From Candidatus Omnitrophota bacterium (GTDB taxonomy: Bacteria > Omnitrophota > Gorgyraeia > Duberdicusellales > 4484-171), in assembly GCA_037146775.1 (NCBI GenBank), contig JBAWWL010000008.1:70160-134159 (forward strand): DNA of 64,000 nt. The letters run 5' to 3'. How positions within the stretch are numbered: the stretch's first letter is position 1; every line of letters begins with the position of its first letter. Below, piece after piece: positions 40,077 through 48,627 of the stretch. Both the position numbers and the translations under genes were made by a program. The notes under the pieces are model-generated. The model had not been told where the DNA came from, ran no database searches, and saw only the letters and a list, made by a program, of their open reading frames with translations.

Positions 40077-40579
40077 TTATATAGGACAGCCCCCCCAGAT
40101 GCCAAATATAGCGCAAAAACCATGAAGAATAATAATTCATATTGAAAGATTAATATGATGTCTGCCAGAAGCAGCCTCAACACATCAATCTAATAACCTA
40201 CCAACGTATCAACTTGTCACCTATTTGGACACCAGTTGCTAAAAATGAAAATAGTGATATACTATATTTTCCTAAAGACATTGAAAACAAAAGCGAATTG
40301 ACTATTGCGCCCGTAGATCAATTGGATAGATCGTCTGGCTACGGAGAAGATTTAAACCTCAGTAATCACCAATAGAAATAAGGGTTTGTTAATAGTGATG
40401 TTGCTAAAACGTAAGCGATTAGCTAAAAAAGTGCTTAAATAGTTGGATAAAAAATACTTGACAAAAATAGGTAAAAAAAGGTATACTTTAAGCGAACCAA
40501 GGAACCTTCCGAAAGGAAGAACATTGATCAGAGAGAGGGGTAACACCCTCTCTTTCTTACTTTGTAAGGAGGTGTTTTA

Positions 40580-41305
40580 ATGCTGCAAGTACGTAAAGAT
40601 AAGGTAATGATTTTTGTTGACGGTAATTATGTATATAAATGCTTAGAGGATATTAAAAAAGGGCTTGATGCTAAGCATCTTTCATTGTTATTGGAAGCGG
40701 TTTTTAAAAAATTGAATGGAGACAATGACTTACGCAGAATTTATTATTATAACTCATATCCACCGCTTGAATCAGATAAATCTCGCGCCGAAGGTGTTGC
40801 CAAACTTATTTGGCAAATAGAAAACAAAACAAAGAAATCACTTTCAGATATACAAAACGAAATCAAAAATATGTTTACACAGCATTTGCCGCGCGAAGAA
40901 GTATTAAAAAAGCTAGGTTTGACTGCACAGGAGTTTGAAGCCCAAGCATTACATAAGAAATCCAAACAACAAATGAAATTCTATGAAGTTTTAGAGTATC
41001 ATGGATTTAAGGTAATTTTGAATAAACTTAAAAAAGATAAATATGGTCATTATTACCAAAAAGGTGTAGACATTTATATTGCTTCAGATATGTTAAGTTT
41101 AGCTTTTGAGCATGGCTATGATACATCGGTGCTTGTAAGTGGCGATGCTGATTTTATCGAGGTTGTCAACAAAATCCAGGAAAAAGGTAAAAGAGTGATA
41201 TTGTCTTGCTTTGAATGCGGAAAATCTTGGGAGTTACAAAGAATTTGTGATGATTTTATTTGTTTAGATAGTATTCACGAAGAGATGGTTTCTTCTAATA
41301 GATGA
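40580..41305 (+). CDS. NYN/LabA-like (PIN-like) domain protein
   Basis: IFVDGNY...GVDIYIASDM...VLVSGDADF motifs of NYN domain proteins. Confidence 0.65.
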   Translation: MLQVRKDKVMIFVDGNYVYKCLEDIKKGLDAKHLSLLLEAVFKKLNGDNDLRRIYYYNSYPPLESDKSRAEGVAKLIWQIENKTKKSLSDIQNEIKNMFTQHLPREEVLKKLGLTAQEFEAQALHKKSKQQMKFYEVLEYHGFKVILNKLKKDKYGHYYQKGVDIYIASDMLSLAFEHGYDTSVLVSGDADFIEVVNKIQEKGKRVILSCFECGKSWELQRICDDFICLDSIHEEMVSSNR

Positions 41306-41309
41306 ATAT

Positions 41310-42305
41310 TTAAAACTTCAACGTCTCAACCGCTTTCTTTAAATGCTCCGGACTTAGGTGAGCGTATATCTGCGTAGTAGCAAAGTCAGCATGGCCCAAT
41401 ATTTTACCTACTGTATATAAATCCACCCCACTCATGACTAACCATGAGGCGCAGGAATGACGAAGTACATGGAAGAGCCTGCCTTTACCCAAGTTTATCT
41501 TCGCGGCCACCAATAAAGTCTTAAATGCCCTCTTGGGCTCGTCTGTGTATTTTTTACCGTTATAAACGAACACAAACGGCGTAGAATGGGGTATCTTGTG
41601 TAGGGTAGAGGAAACCATCGGATGTATGGGAATTGTGCGAAAAATACGGCTTTTTGCCTTACTACCACGTATTGTAATAGTATTGTTCGATAAATCTATG
41701 TCTTTCCATTCAAGATTAAGGATTTCACCTATTCTCATGCCGGTATAGAGTGCAGTTATGATTATAGGATATAAATGCGATTCTTTGGAAACTTCAAGCA
41801 GCTTGGATATTTCGTCTTTGGATAAATAGCGCGGAGGTTCTTTCGGTACTTTGAGTTTTTTAATCTGGTCTATCGGATTATCAAAGATGTAGTTATTTCG
41901 TTTAGCGTAATTTAAGAAAGTGCGGATATTGCCGATATAGTTATTTATGCTTTTAGGTTTTAGTTTTTTCAGCGATTGAAGATATAGTTGTATCGTATGT
42001 GGCTTAACATCCCTTAACGTGTTTGCTCCGCTAAACTTAATAAATTTCTCTAACTGTGGTATATCTGTCTTGAGTGATTTTTCTGCTTTCTTGAGTTTCG
42101 AGTATTCCTTATATTCTTCAACAATTTCTGAAAGTTTTTTGCTTGTAGGTAATTTGGCGCGGCCTTCCTCAAGCTCTATTTCTTTTTGCCGTTTTAGATG
42201 AAGCGCTAGCCTGCGGTCCTTTACCTTGAGGGAATACTGGATCCTTTTTCCGTTAAGATAGAACGAAAGCCAGTAGGTGTTGTTTCTTAGGAAGATTGAG
42301 GCCAT
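41310..42305 (-). CDS. tyrosine-type site-specific integrase (phage integrase family)
   Basis: C-terminal R...HVLRHS...TTQIYAHL catalytic motif set. Confidence 0.9.
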   Translation of the reverse strand: MASIFLRNNTYWLSFYLNGKRIQYSLKVKDRRLALHLKRQKEIELEEGRAKLPTSKKLSEIVEEYKEYSKLKKAEKSLKTDIPQLEKFIKFSGANTLRDVKPHTIQLYLQSLKKLKPKSINNYIGNIRTFLNYAKRNNYIFDNPIDQIKKLKVPKEPPRYLSKDEISKLLEVSKESHLYPIIITALYTGMRIGEILNLEWKDIDLSNNTITIRGSKAKSRIFRTIPIHPMVSSTLHKIPHSTPFVFVYNGKKYTDEPKRAFKTLLVAAKINLGKGRLFHVLRHSCASWLVMSGVDLYTVGKILGHADFATTQIYAHLSPEHLKKAVETLKF

Positions 42306-42306
42306 C

Positions 42307-42669
42307 TTAAGGCACTATGCCATATTTCATTGGTTTGTCGGAATTGATAGATGAATATTCTTCAACAATCCCATCTTTAGAAAACATTATGACCAGCATT
42401 TGATTTTTCATTTCCATTTCGCTGTGGATAATATTGACTACCGGTATAAAGTTCCAGGCGGTATTTCTTACCTTACTGGCAAAGTAAGAATAAACTAATC
42501 TTCCGTCTTTATCGAAGTAGGTTGTGTCGGGTTGGCCGAAAACCTTTACCACTTCTTCTTTGGTAGTTTTGCCTTTTTGAAGCTTATCAACATTAGTTTG
42601 TTTAATTTCTGTTCCAACAGTGGCGCAGCCGGAGAAAAGAACCAAGATACAAAATATAATTATTCTCAT
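42307..42669 (-). CDS. BamE/SmpA-OmlA-like lipoprotein
   Basis: Lipobox LFSGC; LQKGKTTKEEVVKVFGQPD motif. Confidence 0.55.
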   Translation of the reverse strand: MRIIIFCILVLFSGCATVGTEIKQTNVDKLQKGKTTKEEVVKVFGQPDTTYFDKDGRLVYSYFASKVRNTAWNFIPVVNIIHSEMEMKNQMLVIMFSKDGIVEEYSSINSDKPMKYGIVP

Positions 42670-42678
42670 AGTCTAATT

Positions 42679-43317
42679 TTAATTGAAACTTTTCAAAGCC
42701 TTTATAACCTTGCCAATAATTTCTATGGTAGTATTTTTTGGATCAATTACTATCGGTGCATAATCGTGATTACACGGCTCTAAAATAATTTTTTCGCTTT
42801 TCCCGTCTTCTGTTTTTGTTCTATAAAATTTTTTCATTGTGCATTCATCTCCTATCCGCGCCACAATAATATCGCCATTATTTATATGATTATTAGGCGA
42901 AACGATGACGAGGTCACCGTTAAAAATACCAGCTTCTTTCAAGCAGTCACCCTTTACGCGCAAGGCAAAGCAGTCTTTGTTTTTTACAAAATCATAATTT
43001 AAAATAATGGTATCAAGAATATCTTCGAATGCAAAATTAAATCTATCTGCCGGGCATTCACCGCGAACAGGTATTTCTACTGTTTTTGATATTGTAGTTT
43101 CTTTAACTGGTAACGCACCATAAAGTTCGGCCTCTGATATATTTAAAGTTTTGCAAAGTTTTTTCCTAGTTTCGGGATTAGGCTCATTAATGCCCTGTTC
43201 GATTGCTCGGATAGTAGCCAATTTTACCTTAGACTTTTCAGAAAGTTCTTCTTGAGTTAGTCCGGCCTGATCGCGATAAAATTTTAATTTTATAGTCATG
43301 GTAGATAGTATTATCAT
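42679..43317 (-). CDS. CI/LexA-like phage repressor (XRE HTH + S24 peptidase)
   Basis: N-terminal HTH (LTQEELSEKSKVKLATIRAIEQG); C-terminal S24 domain (FALRVKGDCL...). Confidence 0.85.
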   Translation of the reverse strand: MIILSTMTIKLKFYRDQAGLTQEELSEKSKVKLATIRAIEQGINEPNPETRKKLCKTLNISEAELYGALPVKETTISKTVEIPVRGECPADRFNFAFEDILDTIILNYDFVKNKDCFALRVKGDCLKEAGIFNGDLVIVSPNNHINNGDIIVARIGDECTMKKFYRTKTEDGKSEKIILEPCNHDYAPIVIDPKNTTIEIIGKVIKALKSFN

Positions 43318-43475
43318 AACAGCTTTTAAGATATTTACTTGTAAAAATTATAATATTTATATTTTTTTAGTCAATCAAAAACACTCAAAAGCTATTGATT
43401 TTAAAGGGTTTCTAACATAAAATATAATACTTGCAACGATTTAGTTGTATTTTTTACTTGACAGGTAATATAAAA

Positions 43476-43505
43476 AATGGTATAAATCAACTGAATCTCC
43501 AAATT
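43476..43505 (+). promoter_or_regulatory. sigma70-like promoter for the Cro-like gene in the divergent repressor/cro intergenic region
   Basis: TTGACA - 17 nt - (TG)GTATAAAT; perfect palindrome TAATAT-AAAAAA-ATATTA lies ~20 nt downstream as a candidate operator. Confidence 0.5.
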
Positions 43506-43558
43506 CTATTTTTTTTGTCCTGTTACTAATATAAAAAATATTACTTGAGAGGAAAAAG

Positions 43559-43819
43559 ATGAGAGGAAAAATAAGACTAAGAAAGACAGTCGTTGAAACT
43601 TGGGTAAAGGGTGCAGGCCCTGATATGAATATAACCAGGTTAGCTGAGGAAGAGGGTATAGATCCTGGTAATTTTTCACGAATGATGAGTGGTGACCTCG
43701 AGCCGTCAAAGCCGGTGATGAAAAAATTATTGATGCGCACCGGTTATAGTTTTGATGCATTGTTTGAATTTGATAGAAATGCCACATCAGATGAAAACGA
43801 TAAAACAAATGATAATTAG
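43559..43819 (+). CDS. Cro/HTH-type regulator
   Basis: 86 aa; divergent from the repressor; HTH-like ITRLAEEEGIDPGNFSRMMSG. Confidence 0.5.
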   Translation: MRGKIRLRKTVVETWVKGAGPDMNITRLAEEEGIDPGNFSRMMSGDLEPSKPVMKKLLMRTGYSFDALFEFDRNATSDENDKTNDN

Positions 43820-43891
43820 TCATCAATATTATGCTAACACGGTTTTTAAGTTTTGCGGAAGATAAAAATAAAAATTCTTAGGAGGTAGAAA

Positions 43892-44281
43892 ATGGCCGGC
43901 AAGCCCCAAATAAAAAACGAATTAACCGAAGAACTAATGGAAGCGAAAGCTTTTTACGCTAATTTTACCGGTGATATTGAAAAGATACTTGAGTCTATCG
44001 ATAGGAACGAAAAACTTGACCGGCAGAATGATGATATCCGTAGCAAAACATTTTGGTTTCTACTTAAGGCGCTTGAAGCATATAGCGCTAAAAATTATGA
44101 GGAAATGGATAAGTTTGTCCATTGCGCGGTACAAAAGTTGCATGAGCAGGAACGCCTGGACTTTGCTGATGATAAGCCAAGGGGAGAAGCAAAGATTAAA
44201 ATATCCTTGGCCCGGCAAAAAGCAATCCATAACGAAAAAATATTAACCAATTTATTGGAAAAATTAAGTAAGAAAGGATAA
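43892..44281 (+). CDS. phage hypothetical protein
   Basis: 129 aa, helical, RBS GGAGG. Confidence 0.45.
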   Translation: MAGKPQIKNELTEELMEAKAFYANFTGDIEKILESIDRNEKLDRQNDDIRSKTFWFLLKALEAYSAKNYEEMDKFVHCAVQKLHEQERLDFADDKPRGEAKIKISLARQKAIHNEKILTNLLEKLSKKG

Positions 44282-44283
44282 CC

Positions 44284-44499
44284 ATGAAAGTCTTACCTGT
44301 TGAAAAACGTTGCCTTTCGGTTACTGAATTAGCTAACTATCTTAGTATTTCCCGGGCCTTTATCCACCAGGAATATCCGAAATGGTGTCTTAACTACGGA
44401 ATAAGGATTTATAAGGTCGGCGCCAGCGCCCGTAAAAAGGTTTTATTTGAGAAGCAAGATATCGATCAGAAATTATTACCCAATCTACAGGTAGTATGA
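44284..44499 (+). CDS. excisionase/AlpA-like HTH DNA-binding protein
   Basis: 71 aa; LSVTELANYLSISRAFIHQ HTH; small size and position typical of Xis. Confidence 0.5.
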   Translation: MKVLPVEKRCLSVTELANYLSISRAFIHQEYPKWCLNYGIRIYKVGASARKKVLFEKQDIDQKLLPNLQVV

Positions 44500-44514
44500 A
44501 TTATTTCGCTGGCC

Positions 44515-44712
44515 GTGAAAATAAAAAGGGAGGTAACGATGAATAAAATTGAGTTTACCAGCCTTATGCGGCACAAGCAGCGTATTGTTGAAGCCTTGGA
44601 AATAATTGAAATGTATAAGTACACCGTATTAGTTGCGGACTTGCAGGGAGAACTTAGGGGAGAATTTGAGGATATTGAAAGAAGAACTAAAGCAGAAGCA
44701 GTTGTGGGTTGA
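44515..44712 (+). CDS. phage hypothetical protein
   Basis: 65 aa; RBS AGGGAGG. Confidence 0.35.
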   Translation: MKIKREVTMNKIEFTSLMRHKQRIVEALEIIEMYKYTVLVADLQGELRGEFEDIERRTKAEAVVG

Positions 44713-44762
44713 AAGTGACAATGTTGTGGTGTCAGTGTCCTTTTGATGAGGTTGGTTGAAAT

Positions 44763-45120
44763 ATGATTTCTGATTTGAGTTCTAAAATACATCAATTTCT
44801 TGAAGAACATTGTGTAGGCAAAAAGTATGCCATAAAAGCCCAGATTATCGCCGATACTTTTGAGGTTAGCTTACGAGAGGTAAACGCGGCGGCAAGGAAA
44901 ACTTATCGGATCGTCAAAAGAAAATCCCTGCGGTTATTATCTTCCGGCTACCGAAGAAGAGGTAAAAGACTATCTCGACACGTTTAAGCGCGAACTCTTC
45001 GATATGTTAAAGACGTTCAACCGTCAAAAAAGAGCAAAGGCTGTTTACCTAGAAAACCAAAAAATAGGCAGTTTGTTTGATTTTAAGTGTAACCAAGCGG
45101 GCCAACTAGTTTTTATTTAA
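44763..45120 (+). CDS. phage hypothetical protein, apparently frame-shifted near 44925-44940
   Basis: Frame 1 (44763..44987) continues in another frame as ...LPATEEEVKDYLDTFKRELFDMLKTFNRQKRAKAVYLENQKIGSLFDFK... to 45120; A-rich run CAAAAGAAAAT at the junction. Confidence 0.3.
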
Positions 45121-45126
45121 TTATAT

Positions 45127-46125
45127 TTGATGGAAAGAATATATATCAATCCCTATAAGTTATTTATAGGCGCCTTTCTTCCTAATTGGCTGCTTTCCCG
45201 GCCGGAAAAAGAAATAAGTCTTGGCGCTAAGGTTTGTTACGCAAAATTATGCCAGTATGCCGGAAAAAATGGCGAGTGTTTTCCCAACCAAACATCCATA
45301 GCTAACGATATCGGTTGTGGCCGAAGACAGGTTATCCGCTATATCCAGGAGCTTGTTGGGTTCCAGCTAATAATTTCTGTTAAGGTTGGCTTCCCGGGCA
45401 GAAACGTATATAGATTTTTATATCATGATTGGATGAAGTCTTACCCGGTAAGGTCAAAAATAACTCCCATGGATGGCCGCTCAGTTGTGACATCTGTGTC
45501 ACAACTAGACACAACCAGTTGTGACATCCCTGACACTCCAGTTGTGACACAGATGGTAAGCCCTATATATGAAGAGAATCAACTAAGAGAATCAATAGAG
45601 AGTATATATAAGCACTGGAACTCTTTAAATCTACTAACCCACCGTAATTTCGAGAAATTCAAGCCGGTAATAACATCAGCACTAAAGATTTATAAGCTCG
45701 AAGAGGTTAAGGCCGCCATGAGCAATTACGCTATGGTGGTTAATGGCGACAAATACTTCTGGAAATACAAGTGGACATTAGATCAGTTTTTGGACCGTAA
45801 GAACGGAATAGATAGGTTTTTGCCGGGAAATTTCAAAGAGAAGGATTATTTAAAGAACATCGGCAAGACTAACCAGGATAACTCATCGGCTATTAATGAA
45901 GAATATCTAAGCAAGAAATTAGGAAGAATCGCCACAAAAGAAATGATTAAAGAAGTTTTAAGGCAAATACCGCAAACTCAATGGTGGGTAGTTGGTAAAT
46001 TCTTACGCCGGAGATATCCGGCAAGTAACGGCATCGATGAGGTAGAGCGCGAACTTATAGCTGAGTCGCGTGTAGGGCAAGCTCGTATAGCTGAATTAAC
46101 CAGCGGGATAGCAAAGGCGGCATGA
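45127..46125 (+). CDS. phage replication initiator / replisome-organiser-like protein with internal iterons
   Basis: N-terminal wHTH (CFPNQTSIANDIGCGRRQVIRYIQEL); three CAGTTGTGACA direct repeats plus inverted copies at 45482-45555 inside the gene. Confidence 0.5.
   Translation: MMERIYINPYKLFIGAFLPNWLLSRPEKEISLGAKVCYAKLCQYAGKNGECFPNQTSIANDIGCGRRQVIRYIQELVGFQLIISVKVGFPGRNVYRFLYHDWMKSYPVRSKITPMDGRSVVTSVSQLDTTSCDIPDTPVVTQMVSPIYEENQLRESIESIYKHWNSLNLLTHRNFEKFKPVITSALKIYKLEEVKAAMSNYAMVVNGDKYFWKYKWTLDQFLDRKNGIDRFLPGNFKEKDYLKNIGKTNQDNSSAINEEYLSKKLGRIATKEMIKEVLRQIPQTQWWVVGKFLRRRYPASNGIDEVERELIAESRVGQARIAELTSGIAKAA
45482..45555 (+). repeat. iteron cluster (putative phage origin)
   Basis: CAGTTGTGACA at 45482, 45516 and 45539; 12-nt inverted pair CATCTGTGTCAC / GTGACACAGATG. 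Confidence 0.65.
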
Positions 46126-46598
46126 AACGATTTTATTATTTTATCTTAATTGGGATGTTTGTATTAAGTTTTTCCGAAAATATTTACGCAAACAATCTTT
46201 GTGCCAGCTGGTATAGTCGCGAAAGTTTGATTAAAGAAGGGACTTGGAAGAACGGAAAAGAAAGGAGAATGGCAAATGGCAAAAAATTTAATGAGAACAA
46301 TCATACTTGCGCCACTAGGTTATATCCTATTGGGAGTATCCTGGTTATTACTAATATTGCAACGGGGGATAGATGTGTTGTTGAGGTTACTGATAGAATT
46401 GGGAGAAGGTTCGCTAAAAAAAGAATAGATTTAAGCAGAATGGCTTTTTCTTGTTTGGCCGATTTAGATACCGGCATTATCAAGGTTAAAGTCGAACCGA
46501 TAATAATAACCAAGCGGAAAAACGTTACTGCTTCCCGGGTAAGCGGAAAGCAGTACGTTCCGCCAAAGGTTAAGGATAAAAGATCAATAAAAAAATAA
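46122..46598 (+). CDS. RlpA-like double-psi beta-barrel (DPBB) protein, secreted
   Basis: CASWYS...CATRLYPIGSILVITNIATGDRCVVEVTDRIGRRFAKKRIDLSRMAF matches the RlpA/3D motif order. Confidence 0.6.
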   Translation: MKRFYYFILIGMFVLSFSENIYANNLCASWYSRESLIKEGTWKNGKERRMANGKKFNENNHTCATRLYPIGSILVITNIATGDRCVVEVTDRIGRRFAKKRIDLSRMAFSCLADLDTGIIKVKVEPIIITKRKNVTASRVSGKQYVPPKVKDKRSIKK

Positions 46599-46650
46599 TA
46601 ACAGGCCGGTCCGCACTTACCTGCGGCCGGTCACCAATAAGGAGGGTGAC

Positions 46651-47937
46651 GTGGTAGATATCAAATTATCTCAAATCTCATTAAGCGGAACTAATCCGCG
46701 TAAACGATTTAACGCCGAAATGTTCAAGGAGCTGGTTGATTCTGTACGTAAACACGGAATAATCGAGCCGTTAATTGTCCGGGAAAGAAAAAATATACCC
46801 AATCGCTTTGAGCTCGTATCCGGAGAGCGCCGCCTTAAGGCAGCTCAGGAGCTTAAGTTTGATGTAGTGCCGGCAATTAAAAAGGAATTAAACGATGTCG
46901 AGGTCCTTGAAATCCAGTTAATCGAGAACATCCAGCGCCAGGACCTTTCGCCGGTTGAAGAGGGAAGAGCGTTCAAGGCGCTCATGGCAGCATCTAAATG
47001 CACACAGGAAGACGTGGCGCAGAAGATCGGTAAAAGCCAGGGGTATGTAGCCGCCCGCGTAAGCCTTTTAGATCTACCGGAAGATTTTTTAAAATTACTT
47101 GAAGAAGATAAACTCCAAGCCGGGCATATAAAGTTCATGATGAATTTTAAGGCATCACCAAAAATATTAGACAACTTAAAGAAGAGATTAAAGGATCATT
47201 GGAAAAACGCAGATACTATTACCGTCAGAGAATTTCAAGATTTATGTTTAGATGTCACCTCAAGACAAACTAAACCGCTTTATAAAGAAAGCTATGGTGG
47301 CGATATGTGGCCGGTGTTTGATCTTAAGGTTTGCGAAAAGTGTGAACACAACAAAACCGTTGATCTTAAATGGGATAAAAACAAAAAACGTTGTTTCAAC
47401 CCGGAATGTTGGTCACAAAAACAAACAACATTTAAACGCGCCGAAGCCGAACGTGTCAGGGAAAAGGTAAAGTCCGGCAAGGTGGTAAAAGAAGCAGATT
47501 TACCCAAAAACCTACAAACTCTTGAAAATTGTAGGTTTGATAAGAAAACTTGCGCTAAATGTGAAAACCGGAAGATAGGAATTGTAAAAGATTGGAATAA
47601 TAAATCAGTAAAAAAAGAAATATGTCTCGATAAAGAATGTTACGCCCGGAAAGAAAAAGAAGCCCTGGAAGCGGCAGAAAATGCTAAGCAAGAAGCTTTT
47701 AAGAAGCAAGTAGAAAAATGTAAAGAAAAAGCCGCTAAAGGTGCTATGGATCGAGAGTTTGTTATTGAGCTTTTAGTTTCCAAGATGGGATGGGATAACC
47801 ATGAAGCGGTAACGCTTGCTTATGGTATCAAGCGCGAGATTTTGAATAATCACAAAAAAGCTATGGAATATTTCACAAGAAATACCAAGGTTAACGTAGA
47901 GGAGATACTGCGTTTCGTAACCTATTGGAAAGATTGA
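46651..47937 (+). CDS. ParB/Sulfiredoxin N-domain protein with C-terminal Cys-rich repeats
   Basis: GIIEPLIVRER...LVSGERRLKAAQEL ParB N-terminal motif; multiple CxxC pairs later. Confidence 0.7.
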   Translation: MVDIKLSQISLSGTNPRKRFNAEMFKELVDSVRKHGIIEPLIVRERKNIPNRFELVSGERRLKAAQELKFDVVPAIKKELNDVEVLEIQLIENIQRQDLSPVEEGRAFKALMAASKCTQEDVAQKIGKSQGYVAARVSLLDLPEDFLKLLEEDKLQAGHIKFMMNFKASPKILDNLKKRLKDHWKNADTITVREFQDLCLDVTSRQTKPLYKESYGGDMWPVFDLKVCEKCEHNKTVDLKWDKNKKRCFNPECWSQKQTTFKRAEAERVREKVKSGKVVKEADLPKNLQTLENCRFDKKTCAKCENRKIGIVKDWNNKSVKKEICLDKECYARKEKEALEAAENAKQEAFKKQVEKCKEKAAKGAMDREFVIELLVSKMGWDNHEAVTLAYGIKREILNNHKKAMEYFTRNTKVNVEEILRFVTYWKD

Positions 47938-48015
47938 GCTTTTTGACCTATTTTGTAGGCATGGCGAGGTAAAAGTATTGTATCAACCGGAATAGGCCAG
48001 ATTGAGGAGGTTCAG

Positions 48016-48627
48016 ATGGGATCAGAAAGGTGGGCGATCTGTTGTCCCGGGCCATCGTTATCTAAATATAATTTTTCCAAAAGAATCCAAGTATACAACC
48101 CGGACTGCATCATAGCGGTAAACGGAGCAATCTGCGCTGACCTTGTTTTTGATTATTGGGCTTTAGGAGACATCGAAGTCTTTTCATCAGTATCCGCGAA
48201 GCTGGACTTACCGGGGATAGCTAAACGCACAATCCTATGGATACCTGATTTTTGGTTAAACCACATAAACAAATATACTGATCTTTCGCCAATATTTTAC
48301 AAATTCAGAAGAGAAACCTGGCATAACTTAACTTACGAAATGCATATTGGCATGGGATATCCTTGGAGAGAATACACGATGTTTGCGGCTATAGCCTTGG
48401 CAATAAAGAAAGAGGCCACATTTATTAAAATATATGGCGCTGACATGGATGGAAAGGGTTACTTCCAGCAAGGTTTTGAAAATGTCCGCACCAGGCACAA
48501 TCAGAAGCGCTGGGAAGACGAGCGTTTCTGGTTTAACGAGATAGTACACGTATGTAAGAAATATGGAATAGAAATTGTCCGCGACGAGGTTAAGAATGAA
48601 AGTATTGATAGTAGCGCCAAGGTATAA
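48016..48627 (+). CDS. phage hypothetical protein
   Basis: 203 aa, no recognisable motif. Confidence 0.4.
   Translation: MGSERWAICCPGPSLSKYNFSKRIQVYNPDCIIAVNGAICADLVFDYWALGDIEVFSSVSAKLDLPGIAKRTILWIPDFWLNHINKYTDLSPIFYKFRRETWHNLTYEMHIGMGYPWREYTMFAAIALAIKKEATFIKIYGADMDGKGYFQQGFENVRTRHNQKRWEDERFWFNEIVHVCKKYGIEIVRDEVKNESIDSSAKV

Noticed and set aside
40296-40370. tRNA-like sequence GCGCCCGTAGATCAATTGGATAGATCG... near the integrase as a possible att tRNA
   Set aside because: No consistent anticodon stem or acceptor-stem complement could be drawn, so it is not a tRNA.
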